Positions 16,958 to 26,063 of a DNA stretch of 32,000 nucleotides are shown one piece after another. Source of the DNA: Planctopirus limnophila DSM 3776. Its GTDB lineage: Bacteria > Planctomycetota > Planctomycetia > Planctomycetales > Planctomycetaceae. The stretch's first letter is position 1, and every line of letters starts with the position of its first letter. Both the position numbers and the translations under genes were made by a program. The notes under the pieces are model-generated. The model had not been told where the DNA came from and ran no database searches. It worked only from the letters and a program-made list of their open reading frames with translations. The stretch lies in the NCBI RefSeq assembly GCF_000092105.1, contig NC_014148.1, forward strand, positions 1,410,001-1,442,000. The letters are read 5' to 3'.

Positions 16958-17112
16958 CGCCATTGCCTGGATCGAGTGTATGATGCTACCCATCCACCTC
17001 ACACGCTCGTGGTGACCTGGGCCTCGCAGGAGGCGAACACCGAGCAGAATCACACTCAATGAGTCCTGACCCCTCTTGATTTCATTCGTTTTAATTCTTT
17101 ACTGCAAGGACG

Positions 17113-17562
17113 TCAATGATCGCAATAAACATCGACGCATTCACCATTCCGCACCCTCACACCTACCATGCGACCAGAATCGGAAATGGAAAACCACACC
17201 CTGAGATCATTCCATCCATGAAGTACCACACCATCAATACGCAAGCCACTCGCAGCATCGATAATAGGCCCGTATACTGACCCAATAGCATATTTGCGTG
17301 CAGCAACAATAATTTGCTCCAGCGAGTCTAACAGGTCTCGTACCCTGCTGGCATTTGATGACAAGAACATAAAGCCAGCATTGTCATCCAGAAACAAAGT
17401 GAATCGACCCAGCCTGTCACACTCCTGAATAGCGACCCATGATCCATTCTCGTGTTTGAACATACTCTGAACATCATTCACGTTAAACACCTTTCTAGGG
17501 AAATCAAAGAGCCCTGACCCCTTTGATACTTCCTGATCCGGAAGCTGGCCTCTCACACCCAA
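17113..17562 (-). CDS. Hypothetical protein (orphan, convergent with 16450-16878)
   Basis: The maximal ORF is 149 aa and starts at a TTG at 17562. The first ATG is at 17463 (MFKHENGSWVAIQECDRLGRFTLFLDDNAGFMFL...). I recognise no family and the start is uncertain. Confidence 0.45.
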   Translation of the reverse strand: MGVRGQLPDQEVSKGSGLFDFPRKVFNVNDVQSMFKHENGSWVAIQECDRLGRFTLFLDDNAGFMFLSSNASRVRDLLDSLEQIIVAARKYAIGSVYGPIIDAASGLRIDGVVLHGWNDLRVWFSISDSGRMVGVRVRNGECVDVYCDH

Positions 17563-18041
17563 CAGCCTTTAGCCACATCCTTGGATTGAGTTAAAGTGTG
17601 TGGCGTATCCAATCGGCAGGCGGGAGACTGGCATACGGGACTCTTTAGATCTCTTTGATCTCTTTCGAGTGCCCGTCGTTGACGCTTCCGGCTCGTTGGT
17701 ATACCGAGCAACCTGTGCCACCCTGTGGTTTGCACTCCACCACCCACCGCCCACCATGATGCTTGATTGGCTTTGTCCTTGTCACGCATTCTGGCTCATG
17801 CCCATCAGCCCCATCATCCATCCCTCCCCAAACAAATCCACCACTGAACAAACGCATCAAGCCAGACTTCTCCCCATCGCAGGTTTTCGAGTAAACTTCC
17901 CAAGGTCATTCTCACGGGTTCATTCTCACGAGATGTCTCTCGCAAACGTAAACAGGGTGTTGTCCTGGGTGGTCAGTCGTAATCCGTGGCACCACAACTG
18001 GCGTCACGATCGCAGCGTACCGATACAGATTTGAGGCTTGA

Positions 18042-19907
18042 ATGGGATTGACGGCGAAGAGTACCTGGTTTGGTAAAGGAGTCGCAGTTCCGTCGGCTTC
18101 GCTGGCCGCTCCCCAGGCGAAGACGCGCGTCCGCTCCGGGAATGATACGCGGGAAGTCATTGAGTCCATTGCCTTTGCGTTCATTCTCGCCTTCATTCTG
18201 CGCACGTTTCTTGCCGAGGCCTTTGTCATCCCCACCGGATCCATGGCGCCCACGTTGTATGGCCGCTGCAAAGAAGTGACCTGCAGCCAGTGCCGACATC
18301 AGTTCGCGATTGGTGCCAGCGATGAACTCAATCGCTCGAATGGCACTCTCGAAATGCGGATCGAAACGGCCACCTGCCCCAATTGCCGCTTTGAGAACGA
18401 TATCAAGGACCGCCCGGTCTTCAGTGGCGACCGAATTCTCGTCAACAAATGGACTTACGAACTCGCCAAGCCCAGCCGGTGGGATGTGGTCGTCTTCAAG
18501 TTCCCCGAAGAGCCCGAGACCAACTACATCAAACGTCTGGTCGGTCTTCCCGGCGAAATGCTCCGTGTCTGGCGGGGCGATATCTACGTCCGTCCCGGCT
18601 TGGATGGCGAATACAAGATCGCTCGCAAGGATGATCCCAACAAGCAGCGCGTTATTCAGCAATCAGTTTACGACGACACCGAAGCACCACGAGTTCTCAT
18701 CGATGCCGGCTGGCCCGAACGCTGGCAGGGTGTGGAATTTCCCGCCAACGATGTTTCCCCAGCCGACTGGAAAGAAGATCCTGCCGGGTGGAAAGCCGAT
18801 CGAAAAGCCAGATCCTTCTCGATCACCGGGAACGAGTCTCAATCTGGTAAATGGCTCAGGTACCGGCATTATCTCCCCACTCCCGAAGCCTGGAGTCAGG
18901 CCCTGGAAAATCAGCCGATGATCTTCCCCGCGAAACCTCAACTGATCGCCGATTTCTGTTCCTACAACCATTACGCCCCCATGGGAAATGGCCAGCGTGG
19001 GGAACCCGATCCCTACTGGGTCGGCGATATCGCCGTTACCGGGAGATTCCGGCTGGGCCCTGCCGCAGAAGGGGTCGAGAATGCAAACGTGATTATCGAA
19101 CTCACACGTGGCGTGCGAGTGTACCAGTGTGTCATTGGAACCGATGGTTTCATCACACTGAGAATGTCCGATGAACTGGCTGGCGAAGAGGCCTTTCGCT
19201 CCATTGCCCGCAGCAAAAGTCCTGTCGTTGCGACAGGTTCTTGGTTCAATCTGGAATTTGCCAACTTCGATCAGAGACTCTGCGTCTGGATCAACGATCA
19301 ACTGGTCGAATTCGATGCCGAGACCACCTATGCACCGCCAGCTCTCTATGGTCCACAATTGCGAGACCTTTCTCCCGTGGGGATTTTTGCTCAGGGCCGC
19401 GAAGTCGATGTCGAAGAACTCCGCATCTTCCGCGACATTTATTACCGGGCCGACCGCGATCTGAGTGACGGACGGGCCTTTCCCGATGCTGCCGTTTCAC
19501 CCAGCGAGTATTCGAGCCCTGGTCGTTTAGCCGCACTTTTGAGCGATCCGCTCGCCTGGGGAGCCGAGTACGAAGCCCATGCGTTTGCCGCCGAATTCCC
19601 CGCTCTGGGAGCCGACGAATACTTCATGATGGGCGATAACTCACCGCGAAGTCAGGATGCCCGCCAATGGTCGAATACTCGCGGGGCCGACCGCAGGCAT
19701 GCTGTCCCTGGCTCAGCATTAGTCGGTAAGGCCTTCAGTATCTTCTGGCCGCACGGTGTTCCCTTCATGAACGATGGCAAAGGGTACGCACCGTTGCCAT
19801 TCTTCTATCACAAGGTCAATAAAGCCCAGAACCCGGATGTCGAAAACTATCCCAGGTTCTCCATCCCCTTCTATCCCCAGTGGTGGCGCTGGACTCGTAT
19901 TCGCTAA
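18042..19907 (+). CDS. lepB: Signal peptidase I, unusually long (621 aa)
   Basis: The catalytic boxes are present: GSMAPTL (Ser), GDRILVNKW, RWDVVVFKFP, YIKRLVGLPGE (Lys box) and GDNSPRSQDAR. There is a Cys cluster CKEVTCSQC...CPNC between the Ser box and box C, and about 360 aa between the Lys box and the GDNS box. Confidence 0.9.
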   Translation: MGLTAKSTWFGKGVAVPSASLAAPQAKTRVRSGNDTREVIESIAFAFILAFILRTFLAEAFVIPTGSMAPTLYGRCKEVTCSQCRHQFAIGASDELNRSNGTLEMRIETATCPNCRFENDIKDRPVFSGDRILVNKWTYELAKPSRWDVVVFKFPEEPETNYIKRLVGLPGEMLRVWRGDIYVRPGLDGEYKIARKDDPNKQRVIQQSVYDDTEAPRVLIDAGWPERWQGVEFPANDVSPADWKEDPAGWKADRKARSFSITGNESQSGKWLRYRHYLPTPEAWSQALENQPMIFPAKPQLIADFCSYNHYAPMGNGQRGEPDPYWVGDIAVTGRFRLGPAAEGVENANVIIELTRGVRVYQCVIGTDGFITLRMSDELAGEEAFRSIARSKSPVVATGSWFNLEFANFDQRLCVWINDQLVEFDAETTYAPPALYGPQLRDLSPVGIFAQGREVDVEELRIFRDIYYRADRDLSDGRAFPDAAVSPSEYSSPGRLAALLSDPLAWGAEYEAHAFAAEFPALGADEYFMMGDNSPRSQDARQWSNTRGADRRHAVPGSALVGKAFSIFWPHGVPFMNDGKGYAPLPFFYHKVNKAQNPDVENYPRFSIPFYPQWWRWTRIR

Positions 19908-20007
19908 AACAGCCAGCGAGCGGTTGTCCCACAATCTCGGGCTGCCAACATCATCTGTACGGTTCGCCTCAATCAGGCTAAACTGACATCGGATCAAGGA
20001 GGATCAG

Positions 20008-20796
20008 ATGCCCAAACTGCTGGAATGCACAGGTCTCGTCAAGCAATACCCGCGCAAGCTGGCTGTGGCGGATGTCAGCTTCCATGTGAACCCAGGCGAA
20101 GTCGTCGGTCTGCTCGGGCCCAACGGGGCCGGGAAATCGACCAGCTTCCGCATGACGTGCGGGCTGGTCACACCCACTCGCGGCAAGGTCATGTTCAACG
20201 GCATCGATGTCACCAACTGGCCCCTTTATCGGCGGGCTCAGGCCGGGATGGGTTATCTCCCGCAGGACACGAGCATCTTCACCAAGTTGACTGTCGATCA
20301 GAATTTGATTGCTGTCCTCGAATTCATGCCGCTGACAGCCAAAGAACGAAATTACCGTTGCGACGAACTCCTCAATGAGTTTGGCATTGCCGAAAAGCGG
20401 CATCAGATCGCCTCCACACTTTCTGGTGGGGAACGCCGCCGGCTGGAAATCGCCCGCTGTCTGGCCAGTCGCCCCAATCTCATTCTGCTCGATGAACCTT
20501 TCACGGGGATCGATCCCGTCACCATCAACAGCATTCAGGATATCATTGCCGAACTCCGGAACTCCGGGATATCGATTCTCCTTACGGATCACCGCGAACG
20601 GGAAACGTTGACGATTACCGATCGCAGCTACATCGTCTTCGGCGGGCGCATTCTCTGCAGTGGCGATGCGGAACAGGTCCTGAATGACCCGGACGCCCAG
20701 CGCTATTACTTCGGTAGCCGCTTTGACGCCAAGTCGATTATCGAGAGCAAAGGGATCTTTCAGGCCGGGCAATTCGAAGAACGCCGCGCTGCGTAA
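20008..20796 (+). CDS. lptB: LPS export ABC transporter ATP-binding protein
   Basis: Motifs GPNGAGKST, GYLPQDTSIF, LSGGERRRLEIARCLA, LLDEPFTGIDP and TDHRERETL are present, along with an LptB-type C-terminal YFG motif. A strong Shine-Dalgarno AAGGAGG lies at 19996-20002. Confidence 0.85.
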   Translation: MPKLLECTGLVKQYPRKLAVADVSFHVNPGEVVGLLGPNGAGKSTSFRMTCGLVTPTRGKVMFNGIDVTNWPLYRRAQAGMGYLPQDTSIFTKLTVDQNLIAVLEFMPLTAKERNYRCDELLNEFGIAEKRHQIASTLSGGERRRLEIARCLASRPNLILLDEPFTGIDPVTINSIQDIIAELRNSGISILLTDHRERETLTITDRSYIVFGGRILCSGDAEQVLNDPDAQRYYFGSRFDAKSIIESKGIFQAGQFEERRAA

Positions 20797-20807
20797 CAAA
20801 GGTCGTC

Positions 20808-22007
20808 ATGGCTGGCATCACAATCGGGCGCAATGTTTCGCCAACCAGCAGAAGTTCGTTTTCAATGACGGGCTTTTTCTCGCACCCGTCGCTCATTCTC
20901 CTGGCTTGTGCATTCGGTCTTGTCGTCCTGGGTCTCTGTGGCATTGCCCGGGCTGATCAACTGCAGACCGTCACGCCCCGGTACGAGCGGCAGGTCGTCT
21001 GGCTCATTCCGGCAGTGATCGCGTTTGCTCTCGTCGTGGCCATTCCTTACTCCCGCTGGAAGCGGTTCAGTGACTGGCTCTTTGTGGCCTCTCTGCCGCT
21101 CTTGGTGCTGGTACTTGCCATGCCGCCTCGCAATGGGGCTCGAAGCTGGATTCCTTTGGGCATTCTCGATTTCCAACCCTCGGAAATGGCCAAACTCACC
21201 TTCATCATGGCTTTGGCACATTACCTGATGTACCGCGATAATCATCGCACATTGCGCGGTTTAGTGATCCCCTTTGTCGTCATGCTGTTTCCCGTCGCAC
21301 TCATCCTGCTGGAGCCAGATCTTGGCTCGGCAATGCTCTTTATCCCCGTCCTCTTCAGCATGCTGTTTGTTGCGGGAGCAAGGGCCAGGCATCTGCTGGC
21401 GGTCATGCTGCTGGCCGCCTGTCTGATGCCTTTCTTCTGGCAGGGGATGAATGCCGAGCAACGCTCACGGGTGACGGCACTTTTCAATCAGACCGATGGC
21501 GGGCCAGCCCCACGAGGTGACGGCTATCATCAACATCAGGCCAAGCAGGTCATCGCACTGGGAGGCTTCTGGGGAAGTGAGCTCCAGGGACAGTTGCTCG
21601 AAGAACCGGCCGCTTATCACCTGCCCGCCGGCCAGACTGACTTTGTGTTCTGTATGGTCGCCGAACGTTTCGGCCTGGGTGGAGCTCTGGCGACGGTTGC
21701 TCTCTATGCCATCTTCCTGATGCAGGGCATGCAGATTTCGCAGCGATGCAAAGAGCCTTATGGGCGATTAGTCGCCACGGGCATCACTGTGCTTCTGATC
21801 ACGCAAATGATCATCAACACAGGCATGGCTGTCGGATTACTGCCGATCACAGGGATCACGCTACCGCTCATGAGCTACGGTGGTTCCAGTTTAGTCGCCA
21901 CCTCGATCGCTCTGGCCATGCTGGTCAATATCGACTTGAATGGACGATCAGAAATTCAATCCGAGTCGTTCATGTTCAAGGATTTGAATACCCGTTCCGG
22001 CAGTTGA
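20808..22007 (+). CDS. SEDS-family peptidoglycan glycosyltransferase (FtsW/RodA/SpoVE family; RodA-like by exclusion)
   Basis: 399-aa polytopic membrane protein with FQPSEMAKL, EPDLGSA and PLMSYGGSS motifs. It is not adjacent to mraY. Confidence 0.8.
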   Translation: MAGITIGRNVSPTSRSSFSMTGFFSHPSLILLACAFGLVVLGLCGIARADQLQTVTPRYERQVVWLIPAVIAFALVVAIPYSRWKRFSDWLFVASLPLLVLVLAMPPRNGARSWIPLGILDFQPSEMAKLTFIMALAHYLMYRDNHRTLRGLVIPFVVMLFPVALILLEPDLGSAMLFIPVLFSMLFVAGARARHLLAVMLLAACLMPFFWQGMNAEQRSRVTALFNQTDGGPAPRGDGYHQHQAKQVIALGGFWGSELQGQLLEEPAAYHLPAGQTDFVFCMVAERFGLGGALATVALYAIFLMQGMQISQRCKEPYGRLVATGITVLLITQMIINTGMAVGLLPITGITLPLMSYGGSSLVATSIALAMLVNIDLNGRSEIQSESFMFKDLNTRSGS

Positions 22008-22190
22008 TACCCGTCTTTTTCGAGGTGCTTGTCAGACGGTGGGAGGGCGTTCGCAGAGATCAGTTTTCTCTGCAAAAAATCTCATCAGCAATTTTGCTGA
22101 AGTTCGGCCGTTAAACCTCAAGTCACGCTGCGGTTCGTTGTGCAGGATCACTTGTCCGAACAACTAATCGGCTGCTATTAAAGGTTTGAC

Positions 22191-23321
22191 ATGATTGCAA
22201 CTTTGGAAAGATCCAGAAGCAAAAGCAAGAAGTCTCCCTCGGGATCAAAGACAGCCAGATCGAAATCGGCAACTGCTGCGACGAAAGTTTCTGGCAGAAT
22301 CCCCAGCAAATCTCAAAATTTGACAGAGGAACTCTGCCTTTCGACCCTCGTGTCTGAAAAGCGTATTTGCAAGTCTTTGAATTCATCCGCAGTCACGGCT
22401 GCGAAGAATAAACCAACTGCCCGAGCTCCACGCCCTGTGGCTCCCCAGCGGTTGATTCCCCCTCCTTTGGCCTACGTGGATCATCCACTCTTCGCACGGA
22501 AAAAAGCCGAAGCTCAACTGGAACAGTTGAAGCCACTCACAATTGATTCTCTGAGTGCCTCACCTGTCTCTCAGGCGACCACGGCCGGAGCACTGTTGCC
22601 CGCCTTCGCCCGCTCTCGCCTACTGGCTCCGGACGAAGAAAATTATCTCTTCTTATGGATGAACTTCTGCCGTTATCAGGCCGAAGCCGCTCGCAAGAAG
22701 CTCGCCAAATCTCCTGCCAGTGATGCCTACTTTGCTCAGTACAACCTCTGGCTGAACAAATCGATCACCGCTCGCAATCAGATTGTTCAGGCCAACCTCC
22801 GGCTCGTCGTAGCCCTGGCTCGTAAATGCTGTGGATCGATTGAACAGCTTGCCGAACTCGTGTCCGAAGGGGTCATGCCTCTGATCCGTTCGGTTGAGCT
22901 GTTCGATATCAGCTTGGGAAATCGCTTCAGCACTTACGCCACCTGGGCCGTCCGCAATCAGATGCACCGCCACTTCAAAAAGGTGCAGACTTGGAATGAA
23001 CACACGACGGCTTACATCCATGAAGCCCTCGAGCAGTTCGAAGATTTCCGCAGCCCGGTAGAAACCCAGCCTGGAGAATCTCAAGAGGCCTGCCAGCGCG
23101 AGCTGACATCACTTCTGGAAACATTGTCGGATCGCGAGCGAGCCGTCATTGCCGCTCGATTTGGTCTCGATGGCCAGCCTCGTGGCCAGTCACTTTCCGA
23201 GATCTCCGGACGAATTGGTCTGAGCAAAGAACGCGTCAGGCAAATCGTGCTCAAAGCTCTCGATAAGCTGAAACTCTATGCCGAGCAGAAGCCAGTCCTT
23301 GTGGAATTGTTCCAGGCCTGA
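22191..23321 (+). CDS. Sigma-70 family RNA polymerase sigma factor with a Lys/Ser-rich N-terminal extension
   Basis: Region 2 is NLRLVVALARK...FSTYATWAVRNQMHRHF. Region 4.2 is LSEISGRIGLSKERVRQIVLKALDKLK. The first ~45 aa (SRSKSKKSPSGSKTARSKS...) are basic and low-complexity. Confidence 0.85.
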   Translation: MIATLERSRSKSKKSPSGSKTARSKSATAATKVSGRIPSKSQNLTEELCLSTLVSEKRICKSLNSSAVTAAKNKPTARAPRPVAPQRLIPPPLAYVDHPLFARKKAEAQLEQLKPLTIDSLSASPVSQATTAGALLPAFARSRLLAPDEENYLFLWMNFCRYQAEAARKKLAKSPASDAYFAQYNLWLNKSITARNQIVQANLRLVVALARKCCGSIEQLAELVSEGVMPLIRSVELFDISLGNRFSTYATWAVRNQMHRHFKKVQTWNEHTTAYIHEALEQFEDFRSPVETQPGESQEACQRELTSLLETLSDRERAVIAARFGLDGQPRGQSLSEISGRIGLSKERVRQIVLKALDKLKLYAEQKPVLVELFQA

Positions 23322-23426
23322 GTGACTCCTGCATACGGAATTCTTACAGGCTTTCCGTGAAATAAGTGCCGCAGGCATGGAACACAGACCGCTGTCGTTT
23401 CGTGGAAAGTCTATCAACCGCTTCGG

Positions 23427-23470
23427 CAAACAAAACAGCCGATGGAACTTAACCAGAAAGTTCCATCGGC
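23427..23470 (-). terminator. Rho-independent terminator for the minus-strand gene ending at 23525
   Basis: A perfect 13-bp stem, GCCGATGGAACTT (23438-23450) / AAGTTCCATCGGC (23458-23470), has a 7-nt loop. On the minus strand it is followed by TGTTTTGTTTG. Confidence 0.6.
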
Positions 23471-23524
23471 CTGTGAGCCGCGATATCGTAGCGAGATGTT
23501 GTACAGACTCGTTGGCGGTGCTTG

Positions 23525-24475
23525 TTAGCGAACGGAATAGATTTTGGGATCATCGACAATAAATCGCGTTGACCAGGTCTTGCCATCATCCATGTTGACG
23601 ATGTTGAAGAAGAATGTATTCACCTGCTCACAGCGATAGCTGTAAGGGAAGCTCGAATACAGGTGATCGCTCGCCTTGAGATCTTCAACACCGGGATGGG
23701 CATAATAATGCACCTGTCCATCAGGGGTGAAAGACATCCCCAAGGTCCACCAGCCGGGCTGAGTGATTTTCGGCCCGGGAACATCTTCACCGCGTGAGCC
23801 CGAGCGAAGCAAGAGAATCGCGTGGTCTTCCTGATATCCATCGGCTTTGCGATTGTACTGCACGAAAAAGCCCGGCCAGTAATTCTCAAGTTTTTTGGCA
23901 GGGGTGGAGTTGCGTCTCAATCGACCAAAGCCACTGCTGGCTGCTGGATTGTTAATCGTTGTCTGACAATCGGTACGGAAGCCAAACTGTGAGCCGGTGC
24001 GCTTTTCCCACTGTTCAAAAGGGGGCATATAGACGCGTACCACAAAGCTGGGAGATCGATTGACTGGCAGGTAACCAATCGTCTGAGCGACACCAGCGAT
24101 CAGATCATCCTGCTGGAACTTGCCGGAGAGCTGACCGGGGATTCCTGAATTCAAAGTCTGAATCGCGAGTGCTCCTTTACTGCCGGCGATTCCGCCAGCA
24201 GGAGTTTCCACGCGTTTGACAAAATCGGGAGTGCCGCGATAGGTGCTCTCGTGCCATTTGTAATTGGCAGAAAATCCAGCCGGATGGCGAACGGTCTTAT
24301 CAATGTTCGAACTTGCCTTAGGCAAGTTGTAAGTAAAGTTCCAGTTTTCGTCTTCGAAGTCATCACAGGCATTGGAAAGGAGTGTCCCAGTACCGGGGAC
24401 GAGTTGTGCATCAGCCAGGGCAGGAACCAACCCCAGAAGAATCGCCGCAGAACAGGCCAAAGTACGCAAAGACAT
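23525..24475 (-). CDS. Secreted hypothetical protein
   Basis: The ATG at 24475 gives a classical signal peptide, MSLRTLACSAAILLGLVPALADAQ. The track start at 24493 is GTG. The rest of the protein looks beta-rich, and I recognise no family. Confidence 0.6.
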   Translation of the reverse strand: MSLRTLACSAAILLGLVPALADAQLVPGTGTLLSNACDDFEDENWNFTYNLPKASSNIDKTVRHPAGFSANYKWHESTYRGTPDFVKRVETPAGGIAGSKGALAIQTLNSGIPGQLSGKFQQDDLIAGVAQTIGYLPVNRSPSFVVRVYMPPFEQWEKRTGSQFGFRTDCQTTINNPAASSGFGRLRRNSTPAKKLENYWPGFFVQYNRKADGYQEDHAILLLRSGSRGEDVPGPKITQPGWWTLGMSFTPDGQVHYYAHPGVEDLKASDHLYSSFPYSYRCEQVNTFFFNIVNMDDGKTWSTRFIVDDPKIYSVR

Positions 24476-24776
24476 TGCATTCCCCGAAATCACAAGAGGA
24501 CTAGAGCCCGAGGCGAAAGCTGCAGTCGCGACATCTTGCCGCGACTTGCAGTTTCATCGACTCTCGCATCCGTGCGAGATGGCTGGGCTATCCACCATGC
24601 GAGAAGTATCGGCGATGTCGATTCTTCCAGTTGATTCACAAGTGGAGCCAGAGCCGGCCTGATTGATCGATTTTATCCATCAGCACCTTACAGCCGATGG
24701 TAACGTTACAGCCGATAATCTCAACGCAAATTGACTGATTGATCGACTCAGTCCTCAAGATCGTCAGACAAGGGCT

Positions 24777-25997
24777 TCAAGATGGTAAGACAGGGGCTTC
24801 AGGAGATTTACTTTGTCTCGTCAGGCTTAAAATCATGCCCATACTGACGAGGCTGACAATGAGATTGCTCCCCCCCGCACTGATGAGTGGATGAGAAATT
24901 CCCTTGGGCGGAACCATCGCTGTCACCACAGCGATATTCAACAGAGCCTGCCCGACCAGTTGAGTGAGCAGCACAAAACTCGCCAATCGTCCGACATTCA
25001 GTTCTGGCCTCTCTTGCCCTCCCGCTTGTCGAATGAGTTGCAGTCCAAAACAGAAGAGGCTGCCCCATAAAATCAGCAGAGAAAGCGTTCCCACCAGCCC
25101 CAGTTCCTCACCGATCACGGCGAACACAAAATCGGTATTCGCTTCTGGCAGAAAGCTGAGCTTCTGATACCCCATTCCTAAACCAACGCCTGTCCAGCCG
25201 CCACTTCCTAAAGTCACCAACGATTGTTTCAACTGATAAGGTGCTTCGCGCCAATCACTCCATGTCTCCAGAAAGCCTGTAATTCTGCGAAGCTGATAGT
25301 CCTTCAGGAGAAAAACTCCCAGACTGGCAGGAATCAACGACAATAGCCCCCATCCAAAATACCTCAGCGGTAAACCGGCAGTGAACAATGTGAGTAGGAC
25401 TCCGCCAAAGAGAAACAAGGTCGTCCCCAGATCGGGCTGCAGAGCCACCAGTCCCATGACAATGAATGGCGGAAGGAGCAGCGGGACGCGAAAGCCAGTC
25501 AATGTTTCACTCAGCGACCAGCGAGGCAAAGTCGGATTCTGCAGGGAAATTCTCACGGCAACCCAAAGTGGCAAGGCAATCTTGGCCAGTTCTGAAGGTT
25601 GCAGTGTCAATCCCGCCAGGCGCAGCCAGCGCCGGGCTCCTTTCACCCGAACCCCAATTCCCGGGATCAGCACAAACACCAGCAGAATCATGACTCCCAA
25701 AAGCAGCCAGGGTGCGGCTCTCACCCAGATTTTGGCCGGGATTGCAGCGGCCACACCAGCCGCAACCAGCCCCAGGGCGATGAATGTCAGATGCTTGGAA
25801 AGATAAACCTGATCAATTTCTGTGGGGCGACTGGTCACACTGGCACTGTGGACCACGAAGAGCCCGAAACCTAGCAGCAATCCCGCGAGAGCGACAAAAA
25901 CAGTTCTCGTAAACTCGATCTGAGAGGCCAGTTTTTCGTCGCTGGTGGGAACAGTGGGCTTAAGTTCCAGGATTTCCGGGGAAATGGCAGTGCTCAT
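24777..25997 (-). CDS. ftsW: SEDS-family protein, FtsW-like (immediately downstream of mraY)
   Basis: Polytopic membrane protein with LQPSELAKI, LQPDLGT and HPLISAGGSN motifs. The gene symbol is assigned only from its adjacency to mraY. The ATG is at 25997 and the track GTG at 26015. Confidence 0.75.
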   Translation of the reverse strand: MSTAISPEILELKPTVPTSDEKLASQIEFTRTVFVALAGLLLGFGLFVVHSASVTSRPTEIDQVYLSKHLTFIALGLVAAGVAAAIPAKIWVRAAPWLLLGVMILLVFVLIPGIGVRVKGARRWLRLAGLTLQPSELAKIALPLWVAVRISLQNPTLPRWSLSETLTGFRVPLLLPPFIVMGLVALQPDLGTTLFLFGGVLLTLFTAGLPLRYFGWGLLSLIPASLGVFLLKDYQLRRITGFLETWSDWREAPYQLKQSLVTLGSGGWTGVGLGMGYQKLSFLPEANTDFVFAVIGEELGLVGTLSLLILWGSLFCFGLQLIRQAGGQERPELNVGRLASFVLLTQLVGQALLNIAVVTAMVPPKGISHPLISAGGSNLIVSLVSMGMILSLTRQSKSPEAPVLPS

Positions 25998-26063
25998 TTG
26001 TCCCCTCGGCTCCACATTTCACGCGACAACGACACTCCCCGGGCAATTTCTCACCATGAGTAT

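Noticed and set aside
17600-18034. A 144-aa + strand ORF and a 71-aa minus-strand ORF (17645-17860) in the gap upstream of lepB
   Set aside because: Their composition is low-complexity and His/Pro/Arg-rich, they have no motifs, and they overlap repeat fragments. I treat the region as non-coding.
17973-20799. Long antisense ORFs opposite lepB and lptB (17973-18662, 18663-19358, 19978-20799). The same kind of ORF lies opposite metG (27112-27897, 28246-28980), the HlyD gene (6823-7500) and ubiB (3209-3727).
   Set aside because: They fully overlap genes with unambiguous family motifs on the other strand. Their products are Arg/Gly/Pro-rich and lack motifs, which is typical of shadow ORFs in GC-rich coding DNA.
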